The position numbers and the translations under genes were made by a program. This document shows positions 62,393 to 64,000 of a stretch of 64,000 bases of DNA, piece after piece. Under the pieces are notes generated by a model. The model had not been told where the DNA came from. It saw nothing but the letters and a program-made list of their open reading frames with translations, and did not search any database. The first letter of the stretch is position 1, and each line of letters begins with the position of its first letter. The stretch is from Felis catus (Eukaryota): the NCBI RefSeq assembly GCF_018350175.1, contig NC_058368.1, forward strand, positions 185,630,001 through 185,694,000, written 5' to 3'.

Positions 62393-62899
62393 TTCCTCAC
62401 GTTATCAAGCTTTCTGTGACATTCAGATTTTACTTTTTTACCAAAGATATGGCAGATAACAAGGATAACATGAACTTAACATAGAAGAGAACAAACAGAA
62501 TTTTGAAATTTTTAAAGGAAGAAAATAACCTGAGTATCAGTCATGAAATATTGCAATAAGTCTTTTTGAGCCAATTAGTCCTAAGGCTTTTAATTTTTTC
62601 TGAATTTGGTCAATAAAGAGTTGCATAATTTAACACTTGGTTACCTTTGCATTCTTCACTTCTCTCAAAGCTTTATCATATTTGTATCTCAGCAAGATTG
62701 TAAACTCTTGGTGCTGGTTATTTTATAATTCCTTTCTAGCCTAATGCCTATTGTATATTTGTTGACCTATAAGTGTTTGTATGTAGACAAGTAACTTCAT
62801 TTAGTACAAACCATATTTTGTCAGGTGAAAGGTACAACATCTTGAGAAAAAAAAAATAGTACTCTGGAGTTTGAAACTTGAGTTCGTTATTACCTAGCC

Positions 62900-63430
62900 A
62901 GGGTGAGACACATTTTAGGATGCATGAGATTTAAAGTAAGAATAAACCAGTTCTGTGCTTTAAAAAAGTAGAAAGGGTCATTGTCTCACATGAGAGTAAA
63001 GGAATATATAGTATATGTATATAGTTGCAGGCCTGGAAAGATAAAAAGAGTCAAATGATGTCATAAGTACCAGTTCTATCTCTTATTTTCCCTCTTCTCA
63101 CATGCAGATGAGCTCTCCCTATGTATTTGAAAAACCGTTTCCAGCAGGTCCAGGGAATGCCTCACTCCTAGTTAAGATTCAGAATAAAGAGTGAATTCAC
63201 TTATCTCAATCTCAGTTTAAAAAATTCTAAAAATAAAAATTCACTGTGACTGGACTGGCTTAAATCATGTGCTTACCCTTGAATCATTCTTGATAGCAAT
63301 GGGGATGAGTCTAGATGTAGTTATAAAACCCTCCTCAGACATCTGGACTGAGAATGGGGGAATGGACATATTCCTAAAGAAAACTCAGCCTAAGACTTGA
63401 AGAAGGGAAATTGGATGCAAAACAGAACTA
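62900..63430 (-). mobile_element. Old MLT1 (J/K/L-like) LTR
   Basis: GACTGGCTTAAATCATGTGCTTACCCTTGAATCA..GGGGATG..AGAAGGGAAATTGGATGC pattern. Confidence 0.55.
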
Positions 63431-63641
63431 TTCTCTCAAGTAGCCAGTTAGCTTCTCTGTGGTTCATGTTTCTTATTTCTAAAGTCAGGGTAATAAAACT
63501 CAAAAGGATTTAAAGTGTCCACAGTGACTGACCAGAGTAGTGTTCAATTAAAATTATTTTTGTATCTTAATCAAGTGCTGTGTGAAATAATTGTAAAAAT
63601 CTTACTAAGTGATTTAATAAGGTATTAAGAAATCAAATCCA

Positions 63642-63860
63642 GGGCGCCTGGGTGGCGCAGTTGGTTAAGCGTCCGACTTCAGCCAGGTCACCATCTCGCG
63701 GTCCGTGAGTTCGAGCCCCGCGTCGGGCTCTGGGCTGATGGCTCAGAGCCTGGAGGTGTTTCTGATTCTGTGTCTCCCTCTCTCTCTGCCCCTCCCCCGT
63801 TCATGCTTTGTCTCTCTCTGTCCCAAAAATAAATAAACGTTGAAAAAAAATTAAAAAAAA
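63642..63860 (+). mobile_element. Young felid Can-SINE (SINEC_Fc-like)
   Basis: CpG-rich near-consensus body; TSD AAATCAAATCCA at 63630-63641 and 63861-63872. Confidence 0.97.
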
Positions 63861-64000
63861 AAATCAAATCCACTAGGATAGTAATAGGAAAATGTACTAT
63901 GACTATAAATATTCATGTATATAAACTTTCAGTGCAAGTTTACAAGCTGGTGAGGCTAAGCTATGTTGTAGTAAAAAATCCCAAACTCTTAGGTCCATAA

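Noticed and set aside
1..64000. Inferring host-gene strand from retroelement orientation bias
   Set aside because: SINEs split about evenly between strands and L1s occur in both orientations

Overview
AT-rich mammalian genomic DNA, almost certainly felid, judged by about 22 tRNA-derived Can-SINEs that include four near-consensus young cat-type copies with intact target-site duplications (TSDs). I found no recognisable host protein-coding exon, RNA gene or CpG-island promoter, so the window reads as a large intron or intergenic interval. The ORF track is explained by SINEs, microsatellites and LINE-1 remnants. The dominant structure is a full-length (~7.15 kb) but inactivated minus-strand L1 (53572-60721) nested inside an older 5'-truncated L1, and both TSD pairs are visible. 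A second 5'-truncated plus-strand L1 (21543-25279) sits inside an ancient L1. Ancient MaLR/ERVL LTRs, L2, MIR, MER5, MER63 and Tigger1 relics fill much of the rest; their family names come from recalled consensus sequences, not a database search. The most interesting candidates are an antisense ORF0-like frame with a strong Kozak context in the L1 5'UTR, a ~220-bp tandem array in that UTR, a 49-bp perfect inverted repeat built from (AC)n/(GT)n tracts, serial SINE insertion at one target site, and a splice-site-flanked 23-nt candidate microexon. I cannot support a claim of a genuinely new biological system from the sequence alone.
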